Assembly (NCBI GenBank): GCA_003152105.1 | Contig: PLZJ01000002.1 | Span: 597,682 to 661,681, forward strand | Source: Candidatus Levyibacteriota bacterium | Lineage (GTDB): Bacteria > Patescibacteriota > Microgenomatia > Levybacterales > UBA12049 | Length of the DNA: 64,000 nucleotides | Reading direction: 5' to 3' | Part shown: one piece after another, positions 42,817 through 53,282 of the stretch | Numbering within the stretch: the first letter of the stretch is position 1 | How the letters are laid out: every line of letters starts with the position of its first letter | Position numbers and translations under genes: made by a program | The notes under the pieces: generated by a model | What the model was told of the DNA's origin: nothing | What the model saw: the letters and a program-made list of their open reading frames with translations, nothing else | The model's database searches: none

Positions 42817-43468
42817 TTGGTTTGATACAGTTATTCTGCTCGATATTGACGGTACGTTATTTCATACGGAAATTTTTAGAAATAATATTTTTAATAAACT
42901 CTACTCTTATCATACATCTGGTTCAAAAGAAGCATTTTTACAACAAGTAAGGAGTATATATAAAAACGAAAGAGATAAAAAAATTACAAATCCCAAGACA
43001 ATACTTAAAACAATTAATACACAATTGCAACTTAACATTCCTGAGGAAAAATTAATGGAATTGATAATTGAAGGAGATAACTTTTTCGATGGTATGTATG
43101 ATGAAGTGGAGAAAACGATCCAAGACCTTTCAAAAAAAGGGATAACGCTTGGTATTTTATCAACGGGAGAAACACAAATTCAAAAAACAAAGATTTCATC
43201 TATTCAAAACTTTATTAATGAAGAAAATATTCATATCTATAATTTAAAAGATACAGAAATAGACCAAGTATTTGCCAAATATAAAGACATGCGTATATAT
43301 GTAATTGATGATTTCTTAGATTTCTTACTCCTCATTAAGAAAAAAAACAATGTGGTAAAAACTGTTTGGATTAACAGAAAAAATAGTGCTTTACCAAATG
43401 ATATAGAAGATGATTATTTACCAGATTATCAAATAAAAACACTTGATGAGCTATTAACGATTATATAA
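42809..43468 (+). CDS. HAD-superfamily hydrolase
   Basis: DIDGTL motif I, LST motif II, K, IDD motif IV. Confidence 0.8.
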   Translation: MNNWFDTVILLDIDGTLFHTEIFRNNIFNKLYSYHTSGSKEAFLQQVRSIYKNERDKKITNPKTILKTINTQLQLNIPEEKLMELIIEGDNFFDGMYDEVEKTIQDLSKKGITLGILSTGETQIQKTKISSIQNFINEENIHIYNLKDTEIDQVFAKYKDMRIYVIDDFLDFLLLIKKKNNVVKTVWINRKNSALPNDIEDDYLPDYQIKTLDELLTII

Positions 43469-43471
43469 CAT

Positions 43472-45235
43472 ATGTGCGGAATTTTTGGATATATTGGTAA
43501 AAAAGATACTGCTGCACCAATTATTCTTGAAGGATTGAAATTACTTGAATATAGAGGATATGATTCGTGGGGAATTGCTGTTGTTACAAATGGTCACATA
43601 GAAATCCAGAAACAAATTGGCAAAATTGAAGGAGTGCAAACATCCCTTCCTAAAAGTAGTATTGGTATAGGTCATACAAGATGGGCAACGCATGGGGGAA
43701 TTACAAAAATAAACGCGCATCCTCATTTTGATTGTACAAAGCAAATAGCCTTACTCCATAACGGTATAATAGAAAATTTTCTAGATCTTAAAAAGGAATT
43801 ATTAAAAAAGGGTCATGTCTTTCTATCAGAAACAGATACAGAAGTCGCTGTGCATTTAATTGAAGAATATGCAAAAACTACCTCACTTTCAAATGCAGTT
43901 GAGAAGTGTTTCAAAAGGTTAAAAGGATTAAATGCACTTGTTGTACTCTCACTTCTTACAAATGAAATTATTGCAATTAAAGTTGGCTCACCACTCATTG
44001 TAGGAATTGGAAAAGAAGAATATTTTATTTCGTCTGATCCAATAGGAATTGCAAGTCACACAAAAAATGTATATTTTGTACAAGATAATCAATTAATACA
44101 GCTTGGAAAGACATTTGAAATAAGAGATTGTAGTTCAGGGCTATATATTACTCCAACTATAACAGTTATTGACTGGGATTATAAATCTTCATTAAAAGGA
44201 AAATATAAACACTTTGTACTAAAGGAAATATATGAACAACCAGTAATTATTACTCAAATTGCAAAGTATGGGAAAGAAGATGTGCAAAAATTAACAAATG
44301 AAATTGAACGTGCCTACGGTACTTTTATTGTTGGATGTGGTAGTGCTTCTTACGCAGCATTATATGGTACTTATTTATTTTCAAAAGTTGCGAAAAAACA
44401 CATAAACTTTTCAATTGGTTCAGAATTTAATTACTTAGAAGATTATTTAACTAAGAAATCATTGGTAATTGGAATTTCTCAAAGTGGTGAAACAATTGAT
44501 GTAGTTGAGCCACTTTCTAAAGCGCTTAAAAAAGGTTCACAAATTGCCGTAATTACCAATGGTCTTGGTTCGACTATGTACCGGTTAGCTGATACGAAAC
44601 TATTTCTTAATGCAGGAGTAGAAAAAGCAGTTATGTCCACAAAAGCATTAATCGCAATGCTGTCGGTTCTACTTCTTTGTGCATATTCATTTGAAAAAAA
44701 ACAAAATGAAGGAAGTCTATTACTAGAAGCGGCTGCAAAAGATGTGAAGCGAATTCTATCAGTAACTGAAGTTAATAAGATAAAAAAATTAGCAAAGAAA
44801 TTAGCACCGCGTCAACATATTTATTTAATCGGAAGAGGTCTTTCTTATGCCGCAGTACTTGAAATAACATTAAAGTTAAAAGAAGCGGCGTATATACACG
44901 CAGAAGGATTTGCCGGGGGAGAACTCAAGCATGGAAGCTTAGCCTTAATTGAGAAAGGTTCGGTTTGTATTGTTGTTGCACCAAATGACGAGACATATGC
45001 CTCAATTATTTCAAATGCCCAAGAAGTTAAAGCAAGAGGTGGATATATTATCGGATTCTCACCAATCGATAATCAAGTATTTGACTACTTTTTAAAAACA
45101 GCAGATCTAAAAGAAGCAACTATTATTCCACAAGTCGTCATAGGACAGCTTCTTGCATATTATCTTGCAATAGAAAAAGGAGTAAAAGATCCTGATAAGC
45201 CAAGAAATCTTGCAAAAAGCGTCACGGTGAAGTAA
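43472..45235 (+). CDS. glmS: Glutamine-fructose-6-phosphate transaminase
   Basis: MCGIFG, EYRGYDS, GHTRWATHG, SQSGET, PRNLAKSVTV. Confidence 0.97.
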   Translation: MCGIFGYIGKKDTAAPIILEGLKLLEYRGYDSWGIAVVTNGHIEIQKQIGKIEGVQTSLPKSSIGIGHTRWATHGGITKINAHPHFDCTKQIALLHNGIIENFLDLKKELLKKGHVFLSETDTEVAVHLIEEYAKTTSLSNAVEKCFKRLKGLNALVVLSLLTNEIIAIKVGSPLIVGIGKEEYFISSDPIGIASHTKNVYFVQDNQLIQLGKTFEIRDCSSGLYITPTITVIDWDYKSSLKGKYKHFVLKEIYEQPVIITQIAKYGKEDVQKLTNEIERAYGTFIVGCGSASYAALYGTYLFSKVAKKHINFSIGSEFNYLEDYLTKKSLVIGISQSGETIDVVEPLSKALKKGSQIAVITNGLGSTMYRLADTKLFLNAGVEKAVMSTKALIAMLSVLLLCAYSFEKKQNEGSLLLEAAAKDVKRILSVTEVNKIKKLAKKLAPRQHIYLIGRGLSYAAVLEITLKLKEAAYIHAEGFAGGELKHGSLALIEKGSVCIVVAPNDETYASIISNAQEVKARGGYIIGFSPIDNQVFDYFLKTADLKEATIIPQVVIGQLLAYYLAIEKGVKDPDKPRNLAKSVTVK

Positions 45236-45266
45236 AGTATACATCACTGAAAATAATGTTTTGTTT

Positions 45267-46859
45267 ATGAGTATTTTATATCTTGTTGTTAGTACAGGAT
45301 TTTTTTTATGGATTACTAGAAATATATTTTTCTGGGTTTATTTGTGGCAACATAATGACTATAGCTATACGAGAATGTATACACATTTAAAGGAAACGAC
45401 GCAGGGAAGATATATTCTATTTTCTCCTGTGGCATTTCTTAAGTTACTCCTTATCTTTCTTTTTGCATATATTGTCTTAAATCCAGATTTTTTAGCAGGC
45501 TATCAATTTTTAATAGGTGTTTTATTTGTTGTGCAAGGGTTTTCAGTTATAAAAGAATATTATTTACACACACTTTATTTGCCAAAATTTACTATTAAAG
45601 CTATGGTGTTTTGTATAAGTGCACTTTTTATTGCAGTTGCTCTTTACACAATTCCGTTGACACAAGACAGATATTTTTGGTTATTAATCATTGATAAAGG
45701 TGTCTTATTTTTTATAACGTTTCTCGTATTTATTTTAAGTTTACCAACAAATTTATACAAAGATTGGTATACAGATGCGGCAATGAGAAAATTAAATAAA
45801 AATAAAAATATTACTGTTATTGGTGTTACGGGGAGTTATGGGAAAACTACTACCAAAGAATTTATTGCACAAATTTTAAAAAATAAATTCAATGTAGTTA
45901 AAACACAAAATCAACATAACACTTCTTTTGGCATAGCAAAAACAATTACTGATAAAGTTAATCCTAAGACACAAATTATTGTTGCTGAAATGGCAATGCA
46001 TAAAAGAGGAGATGTGAGGGAAATGGCTGAAATTGTATCACCAAAATTTGGTGTAATAACAGGTATTAGTTCACAGCACGCTTCATTGTCAGGTGATATA
46101 TCAAAAACAATGGACGCAAAGTATGAGCTTATTCAATCACTACCAAAAGATGGGTTGGGTTTATTTAATGGAAATAATGAAAATGTCTATAAATTATATA
46201 AAAAAACTAAGAAAAGAAAAGTATTATATGGGTATCAAAACGGATTTCCATATGATGTGAAAGCAACAAATATCCATATCCAAAAATCTTATATTGAATT
46301 TGAAGTTGAGCTGCGTGGCAAAAAAATGCACTTTAAATCACCACTTATTGGACCTCAGAATATTGAAAACATATTGCCGGGAATAATACTTGCAGACACA
46401 CTTGGTATGAAACCTGAAGAAATCAAAAAGGCAGTACTTTCACTTTCCTCATTACCAAAAACTATGCGAAAAAGAAATACGGTTTCAGGAGCCACTATTA
46501 TTGATGACACGATTAATACAGATACACATGCGGTGCTTGCTGCTTTGGAATATATGAAACTTTTTAAAAATAAACGCATCTTTGTACTTCAGCCAATGAT
46601 TGAACTAGGTAAAAGGGCAAGTAGTGAGCACTATGAAATCGCAAAAAAGATATCAGTTGTATGTGATTATCTTTTTTTAACTAATAAAAATTTCTATAAA
46701 TCAATACTTAAAGGTATAGTAGATGGTGATGGGGAATGTTTTGTAAAAGTAGATAGTAGTAAAAATATTGCCAAATTTTTAAGAGAAAATTGTTCTTCCC
46801 ATGATGTCGTTGTTTTCGAAGGAAAAGAAGCAGAAATTGTACTCGAGGAAATTTTGTGA
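45267..46859 (+). CDS. murF: MurF with N-terminal TM domain
   Basis: TGSYGKTTTKE, IIDDT, PMIELG; ~165 aa hydrophobic N-terminus. Confidence 0.82.
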   Translation: MSILYLVVSTGFFLWITRNIFFWVYLWQHNDYSYTRMYTHLKETTQGRYILFSPVAFLKLLLIFLFAYIVLNPDFLAGYQFLIGVLFVVQGFSVIKEYYLHTLYLPKFTIKAMVFCISALFIAVALYTIPLTQDRYFWLLIIDKGVLFFITFLVFILSLPTNLYKDWYTDAAMRKLNKNKNITVIGVTGSYGKTTTKEFIAQILKNKFNVVKTQNQHNTSFGIAKTITDKVNPKTQIIVAEMAMHKRGDVREMAEIVSPKFGVITGISSQHASLSGDISKTMDAKYELIQSLPKDGLGLFNGNNENVYKLYKKTKKRKVLYGYQNGFPYDVKATNIHIQKSYIEFEVELRGKKMHFKSPLIGPQNIENILPGIILADTLGMKPEEIKKAVLSLSSLPKTMRKRNTVSGATIIDDTINTDTHAVLAALEYMKLFKNKRIFVLQPMIELGKRASSEHYEIAKKISVVCDYLFLTNKNFYKSILKGIVDGDGECFVKVDSSKNIAKFLRENCSSHDVVVFEGKEAEIVLEEIL

Positions 46860-46927
46860 TCATTTAAGCTTGCCTCTTGCATAAAATTGGTTGAACTTAT
46901 ACGATCATAAAGGTATAATAAAAAAAT

Positions 46928-47938
46928 ATGGCGCAACTCTTAGGACTTATAATTTTATCTGCATTTATTACGATAATACTGCTTATTCCCTTTATTGATT
47001 TTCTTTATAGAATAAAACTTCGTCGAAAACATCAATTAACAAAAGATTTTCAAAATAACCGTACACATATATTTGATAAATTTAATACGTGGAAAGTTGG
47101 AACCCCTTTTGGAGGAGGAATTTTAATAATCTTAGTGGTTGTCGCAATAACGCTTTGGTCGTATGTAATGCTTGGTATTGTCACCAATCCGTGGGAAAAT
47201 TTTGTCATTATTTTTACGTTCGTTGGGTTTGGTTTACTTGGACTTTATGACGATATAAAGAAGTTAACAAATGTAAAAACAGGGTTTTTTGGACTTCGAA
47301 TAAGATATAAATTAATATTACAATTTATCATAGCGCTTATTGTCTCAGTAGTTTTATTTTATCAACTCGGCTATTCAACAATTTATATTCACGGTATACG
47401 TTCAATTAATTTAAGTTATGTATACATTCCATTTGCAGCGCTTATTATTGTTTCGTTCGCAAATGCTTTTAATATTACCGATGGGTTAGATGGATTGGCT
47501 CCAGGATTATTTTTAATTTGCTTGTTAGCATTTTTGGCAATTACTTCCTCTTCATATTTAGATAAATCACTAGGTATATTTATTGCAGTGCTTATTGGAT
47601 CTGTTGCTGCATTTTTATATTTTAACGTTTATCGAGCAAGAATTTGGTTAGGAGATGTCGGATCAATGTCTCTTGGAGCCTCTCTTGCAATTATAGGGCT
47701 ACTTACTGATAAAACGCTTGCCTTAGCGGTAATTGGAGGGTTTTTCGTATTTGAAGTTGCATCTTCGTTGCTACAGCTACTTTCAAAACGCTTTTTAAAG
47801 AAAAAACTTTTTACTGTTGCCCCTTTACATCTTTATTTATTGCATAGGGGATGGGAGGAACCAAAAATTGTTATGCGAGCTTGGCTCATTGGCTTCTTCT
47901 TTGCAGTACTTGGTTTATATCTTGCTCTTGGTAAATAA
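46928..47938 (+). CDS. mraY: Phospho-MurNAc-pentapeptide transferase
   Basis: GTPFGGG, DD, NITDGLDGLA, LGDVGS, APLH. Confidence 0.94.
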   Translation: MAQLLGLIILSAFITIILLIPFIDFLYRIKLRRKHQLTKDFQNNRTHIFDKFNTWKVGTPFGGGILIILVVVAITLWSYVMLGIVTNPWENFVIIFTFVGFGLLGLYDDIKKLTNVKTGFFGLRIRYKLILQFIIALIVSVVLFYQLGYSTIYIHGIRSINLSYVYIPFAALIIVSFANAFNITDGLDGLAPGLFLICLLAFLAITSSSYLDKSLGIFIAVLIGSVAAFLYFNVYRARIWLGDVGSMSLGASLAIIGLLTDKTLALAVIGGFFVFEVASSLLQLLSKRFLKKKLFTVAPLHLYLLHRGWEEPKIVMRAWLIGFFFAVLGLYLALGK

Positions 47939-47988
47939 TCTCCTCATTTTCTATACAAAAACCTCGAATACTGATACTATATTCATAT

Positions 47989-49065
47989 ATGAAAATCAAA
48001 AAAGCTGATTTTTTTCTCCTTGCTCTTGTATTTGGATTAACCCTATTTGGACTACTAATTATTTATGATGCTTCATCATATATTGCATTTAGAGATTTTG
48101 GTGATAAGTATCATTATATTAAAGATCAAGGTATTTGGGTGTGTATTGGTGTAATCGCATTTTTTATTTGCTCAATTATTGATTATCATAAATTTTATAC
48201 GTTTGCACTTCCGCTTCTTATGATTGCGATAGCCTTACTGCTTGCTGTTTTTTTACCTGGTATTGGTACTGGACCTGTTAACGGAGCGCATAGGTGGATA
48301 AATTTAAGAGCATTTATTTTGCAACCTGCAGAGTTTGTAAAATTAACACTTGGTATTTATCTGGCCGCTTGGTTTTCTCATAAAGAAAAACATAGATTTT
48401 TTGCATTCCTGTTACTTATGGGTCTTATATTACTGCTTGTTATCGCAGAGCCTGATTTAGGAACGGCAATTATTATTCTTCTTGAAGCACTTATTGTATA
48501 TTTTTTATCAGGAGGAAATGTTCAGTATCTTCTTGGAAGTATCCCAATTATTGGTATTATTGGGTTTATTCTTGTAAAAATAGAGCCCTACCGCGCAAGT
48601 AGATTAACAACATTCTTAAATCCTAATCAAGCAGCGGTTGGTTCATCATATCAGGTACGCCAAATATTAATAGCGCTTGGAAGTGGTGGGTTAACAGGAG
48701 TTGGGATTGGTAATTCATTGCAAAAATATGGTTTTTTACCAGAAAATACAACAGATTCAATTTTTGCAATAATTGCTGAAGAACTTGGATTTATAGGCGC
48801 ATCGCTTCTTATTTTGTGTTACATATTGTTACTTTGGCGAGGATTTGTGATTGCGTTTCGGGCAAAGGATAATTTTGGAAGATTACTCGCTGCATCTCTT
48901 ACTTCATTTCTGGCAGTACAAGCATTTGTTAATCTAGCCGCACAAACAGCTCTGCTTCCGTTAACCGGAGTTCCTCTTCCCTTTATTTCATATGGAGGAT
49001 CTGCACTTGTTATTGATCTGTGTTCTGTCGGAATTCTATTTAACATCTCAAAACAGAGCAAATAA
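47989..49065 (+). CDS. ftsW: SEDS peptidoglycan polymerase FtsW
   Basis: RWI, QPAEFVK, EPDLGT, PENTTD, PFISYGGS. Confidence 0.93.
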   Translation: MKIKKADFFLLALVFGLTLFGLLIIYDASSYIAFRDFGDKYHYIKDQGIWVCIGVIAFFICSIIDYHKFYTFALPLLMIAIALLLAVFLPGIGTGPVNGAHRWINLRAFILQPAEFVKLTLGIYLAAWFSHKEKHRFFAFLLLMGLILLLVIAEPDLGTAIIILLEALIVYFLSGGNVQYLLGSIPIIGIIGFILVKIEPYRASRLTTFLNPNQAAVGSSYQVRQILIALGSGGLTGVGIGNSLQKYGFLPENTTDSIFAIIAEELGFIGASLLILCYILLLWRGFVIAFRAKDNFGRLLAASLTSFLAVQAFVNLAAQTALLPLTGVPLPFISYGGSALVIDLCSVGILFNISKQSK

Positions 49066-49091
49066 ATGATACAATATGAAGATAAAAGTCT

Positions 49092-50195
49092 ATGAAAGTG
49101 GCATTAATCGGTGGACATTTTACTCCAGCTTTGGCAGTTATTGAAAAACTACAAGGTAAAGCAGATATTGTTTTTATTGGCAGAAAAAACGCTCTTGAAG
49201 GGGATAAAACTGTATCCTTAGAACACACAACGATTACTGGACTTGGTATTCCATTTTTATCCCTTACAACAGGAAGATTACAGCGACGATTTACAAAGCA
49301 CACCATACCATCACTTCTTAAGCTTCCTTATGGTGTTTCTCAAGCACTTCGCATGTTACATAAAGAAAAAGTAGATGTTGTGCTTGGATTTGGTAGCTAT
49401 TTATCTGTACCTGTTTGTTTTGCTGCAAAACTACTTGGCATTCCAATCGTTATTCACGAACAGACTTTAGAAGCAGGTGCTGCGAATCATACAATTGCAA
49501 AAATTGCTTCAAAAATTTGTATATCTTTTGAAACGTCTCTTAAGTATTTTCCAAAAGAAAAGACAATTGTAACGGGTAATCCAATTAGAGATGCTATTTT
49601 ACATCCCCAAACAAATATGAAACTTCCTTTTTCTGATTCGTTACCTATTGTATTTATAACTGGAGGAAGTTCAGGTTCCCATGCAATAAATGTTTTGATT
49701 AAAGAATCATTGTCATTATTACTTCAGAAATATAATGTTATTCATCAAACAGGGGATGCGAAAGAATTTCATGATTTTTCAGACCTAGAACAGCTCCGAG
49801 ATTCATTTTCCGGAGAGAAGAAAAAGAGATATTGGGTAACCAAATTTATCGCACCACATGAAATAGGATTTTATTTTTCAAAAGCAGACATTTGCATTTC
49901 TCGATCAGGAATCAATACAATAACCGAACTTTTATATTTTGAGAAAAGAGCTATACTTATTCCGCTTCCTTACTCAAGTAAGCAAGAACAATTAAAAAAC
50001 GCAAGATATTTAGCTCATAAATTTGATGGCATAGTGCTAGAACAGCATCTCGCAACAAGATCGACGCTTCTTGATGCGTTGAAAACGCTTTCTAAATTAA
50101 AGGTGCATGAAAGCAATAAACAAAAAGAACTTCATTTGCATGCTGCAGAACATATTACAGATGTAGTAATCGAAGTAGTAAAGCGTCAAAAATGA
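49092..50195 (+). CDS. murG: Lipid II GlcNAc transferase
   Basis: GGHFTP, HEQ, TGNPIR, GGSSGS, EQLKNA. Confidence 0.92.
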   Translation: MKVALIGGHFTPALAVIEKLQGKADIVFIGRKNALEGDKTVSLEHTTITGLGIPFLSLTTGRLQRRFTKHTIPSLLKLPYGVSQALRMLHKEKVDVVLGFGSYLSVPVCFAAKLLGIPIVIHEQTLEAGAANHTIAKIASKICISFETSLKYFPKEKTIVTGNPIRDAILHPQTNMKLPFSDSLPIVFITGGSSGSHAINVLIKESLSLLLQKYNVIHQTGDAKEFHDFSDLEQLRDSFSGEKKKRYWVTKFIAPHEIGFYFSKADICISRSGINTITELLYFEKRAILIPLPYSSKQEQLKNARYLAHKFDGIVLEQHLATRSTLLDALKTLSKLKVHESNKQKELHLHAAEHITDVVIEVVKRQK

Positions 50196-50231
50196 TGCAT
50201 CCCTCATTTAAACAATTTCGTTTTTGATTAT

Positions 50232-50702
50232 ATGGCAAGAAGTAAAAAAGTAAAGGCAATACAAAGCAAAAGAGCAAAAGGAAGATATAAAAAAATCGGA
50301 AAATTTTTTCTTTATTTGGGAAGCTTTTGTATAATAATTTCAGGCATATTATACCCACTTTATGTGTTTGGCGTCATATTTAAAGAGCCCCCCTATACAT
50401 CGCCAATACCATTTGGTGGATCAATAGCAAGTGGGAGTGATGTGTTTAATCCATTGCAGGCATTAAAAAGTTCATTACAAAAATCAGGAGTTAGATATAA
50501 GTCAATAACCTATACTGGAGGTGAATATGTTACAATCCTATCAACTGGTCAAGAGGTTGATTTTGCTGCAAATAAAAATATAGTAGATCAAATAGCCTCT
50601 TTACAACTGATTACAACACGTCTTACAATAGAAGGTAAGCGTTTTTCACGCTTGGATTTTCGTTATGATAAGCCAGTTATGGAAGTTGAAAACACACGAT
50701 GA
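50232..50702 (+). CDS. Reduced FtsQ/DivIB-like protein
   Basis: Basic N-terminus, one TM, LDFRYDKPV; sits before ftsA. Confidence 0.6.
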   Translation: MARSKKVKAIQSKRAKGRYKKIGKFFLYLGSFCIIISGILYPLYVFGVIFKEPPYTSPIPFGGSIASGSDVFNPLQALKSSLQKSGVRYKSITYTGGEYVTILSTGQEVDFAANKNIVDQIASLQLITTRLTIEGKRFSRLDFRYDKPVMEVENTR

Positions 50703-52018
50703 ATGATGCGAAAATAGTTGTTGGAATAGATATTGGGACCTCAAAAATTGTAACTCTGATTGCAAAAGTTGATGAGTTTGTAAATGTACTTGGTGTCTCT
50801 GAAGTAAAAGCATCTGGAATAAGAAAAGGGCAAATTGTTGATATAGAAGATGCTGTTATTGCTGTTAATAGTTCCTTAGAGGGAGCTGAAAGAATGGCAG
50901 GTTATTCTGCGTCAAAAGTTATTGTTTCAATTGGCGGCTCACAAATAGAAAGTTTAAACTCAAAAGGAGTTGTCGCTGTTTCAAATCCTGATAAAGAAAT
51001 TTCTGAAACTGATGTAGTTCGGGTTATCGATGCAGCAAAAGCAATATCACTTCCGTCTTCTCGAGAAATTCTCCATGTATTACCAAGAAACTATACTGTT
51101 GATGGGCAGGAAGGAATTAGAGACCCTATAGGAATGACGGGAGTAAGACTAGAAGTCGACACACACATAGTTTCAGCATTAACGACCTCAATAAAGAATT
51201 TAGAAAAAGCTATTTCTGAAGTTGGAGTTGAAGCACAAGGTATTGTTTTTTCAGGGTATGCAAGCTCAATGTCAGTACTCACTGATACAGAAAAGGAGCT
51301 CGGAGTAGTGCTAGTTGATATAGGCTCAGGAACAACAGATATATCAATTTTTGTTGAGGGGTCTGTGGCATATTCCTCAGTGCTTCCTATAGGTGCAAGA
51401 CACATTACAAACGATCTAGCAATTGGACTACGCATATCCCTTGAAAGTGCTGAAAAAATAAAATTATTTCTTTCAAAGGCACCTAGGGATAAGTTTTTAT
51501 CAAGTGTTGAAGAGGAATTAGCAGCAGAAGAAAGACATGAGAGCAGAGAAAAGAAAACAGACGCAATACGTGCTGATGAAATAGATCTTTCAACGCTTGC
51601 ACTTCCAGAAGAGCTTCGTAAAGTTTCCAAAAAAACGCTTGTTGAAGGAATAATTAGGCCAAGACTTAATGAAATTTTTACTATGATCGGACTTGAAATT
51701 AAAAAAAGTGGATTTGGCGGACTTACGCCAGCAGGTATTGTTGTGACCGGTGGAGGTGCAAGAACTGTTGGTACACAAGAATCTGCAAAGAGAATGCTTG
51801 CTATGCCGGTTCGCATAGGCATTCCAACTGGCATGAAGGGAATAATAGACGAAATACAAGACACACCATATGCCACAGCCGTAGGATTATTATTATATGG
51901 TGCAAAAACAGAAAATATTTCCCAAAGCACTCCTTTTGGTTTTTCCGCAATGCCAAAGCTTCCACTTGGTAAGCTGCCTAAAAAAATATTTTCAATTATC
52001 CGTTCCTTTATTCCATAA
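50699..52018 (+). CDS. ftsA: Cell division protein FtsA
   Basis: GIDIGTSK, VDGQEGI, DIGSGTT, TGGGA. Confidence 0.95.
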   Translation: MNDAKIVVGIDIGTSKIVTLIAKVDEFVNVLGVSEVKASGIRKGQIVDIEDAVIAVNSSLEGAERMAGYSASKVIVSIGGSQIESLNSKGVVAVSNPDKEISETDVVRVIDAAKAISLPSSREILHVLPRNYTVDGQEGIRDPIGMTGVRLEVDTHIVSALTTSIKNLEKAISEVGVEAQGIVFSGYASSMSVLTDTEKELGVVLVDIGSGTTDISIFVEGSVAYSSVLPIGARHITNDLAIGLRISLESAEKIKLFLSKAPRDKFLSSVEEELAAEERHESREKKTDAIRADEIDLSTLALPEELRKVSKKTLVEGIIRPRLNEIFTMIGLEIKKSGFGGLTPAGIVVTGGGARTVGTQESAKRMLAMPVRIGIPTGMKGIIDEIQDTPYATAVGLLLYGAKTENISQSTPFGFSAMPKLPLGKLPKKIFSIIRSFIP

Positions 52019-52084
52019 AATCCTATATAATTATGCCTATGAGCTTGCAAAATTACCCATTTTTTGATAGCATACCAAAGCTAT

Positions 52085-53191
52085 ATGTTAATTAGACCAC
52101 AAAGTACAAATTTTGCAAAAATCCGTGTCCTAGGAATAGGGGGAGGCGGAAACAATGCTATTGCCTCAATGATAAATGGAAGCTCTATCCAAGGAGTAGA
52201 TTTTGTTGCAGTTAACACTGACGCACAATCACTGTTATTAAATCCTGCACCTACAAAAATCCAAATCGGAGAAAATTTTACTAAAGGTCTAGGTAGTGGT
52301 GGTAATCCTGAAGTTGGTTCAACTGCTGCTGAGGAAAGTTATGAAAAAATAAAGGATTTGATAGAGGGGTCAGATATGATCTTTTTAACAGCTGGTATGG
52401 GCGGTGGAACAGGTACAGGAGCAACACCAGTTATTGCTAGGGCAGCAAAAGAAGTTGGCGCATTAACTGTTGCTGTTGTTACAAAACCATTTACTTTTGA
52501 AGGAACAAGAAGAACAGTTGCCGGTGAAGAAGGAATTGAAAATTTAAAAGATAAAGTTGATACGCTTATTGTTATACCAAATCAACGAATACTCGATGTA
52601 GTTGATCGAAAATTATCATTACTTGAAGCATTTAAAGTTGCTGATTCAGTGTTAACTCAAGGTGTTCAAGGCATTTCAGATTTAATCACCCTTCCCGGCC
52701 TTATTAATGTCGACTTTGCTGATGTACGAACAATTATGACAAATGCTGGTTCAGCGCTCATGGGAATTGGAACAGGTATTGGTGAAAACAGAGCGCAAAC
52801 TGCAGCAAGAGCAGCAATTGCATCTCCTCTTCTTGAAATTGATATGAACGGAGCTCGTGGTGTGTTGTTTAATATTACCGGAGGGTCAGATTTAACTATG
52901 TCAGAAGTAGATGAAGCAGCAAAAATAATTTCTCAAGCTGCAGATCCTGATGCGAATATTATATTTGGAGCAACCATAGATGAATCAATGCATGACCAAA
53001 TGAAGATTTCTGTCATTGCAACTGGATTTGATCAAAATAGAGCAAGAATGCAACAATTTATAAACACTGCTCCATCAATTGCAAAAATTGAAGAAGAAAA
53101 TAGACACATTGCCGTAACTCCTACTGAAGACAAAAATGAAGAAGATGAATCAGTGTGGGATATTCCCGCATTCCTCAGACAAAAGAATTAA
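52085..53191 (+). CDS. ftsZ: Cell division protein FtsZ
   Basis: [29 protein letters not shown]; ATG 52085. Confidence 0.97.
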   Translation: MLIRPQSTNFAKIRVLGIGGGGNNAIASMINGSSIQGVDFVAVNTDAQSLLLNPAPTKIQIGENFTKGLGSGGNPEVGSTAAEESYEKIKDLIEGSDMIFLTAGMGGGTGTGATPVIARAAKEVGALTVAVVTKPFTFEGTRRTVAGEEGIENLKDKVDTLIVIPNQRILDVVDRKLSLLEAFKVADSVLTQGVQGISDLITLPGLINVDFADVRTIMTNAGSALMGIGTGIGENRAQTAARAAIASPLLEIDMNGARGVLFNITGGSDLTMSEVDEAAKIISQAADPDANIIFGATIDESMHDQMKISVIATGFDQNRARMQQFINTAPSIAKIEEENRHIAVTPTEDKNEEDESVWDIPAFLRQKN

Positions 53192-53282
53192 TACAGTTTC
53201 TATATACATTTAAACCCTGCAAAATAAATAGGAGTTGCTTTATATAACAAATCTATTTCGTAAATTTTGATATACTTATACT

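Noticed and set aside
51091-52050. 319-aa minus-strand ORF
   Set aside because: Antisense shadow of ftsA; Ser/Pro/Thr-rich with no recognisable motif.
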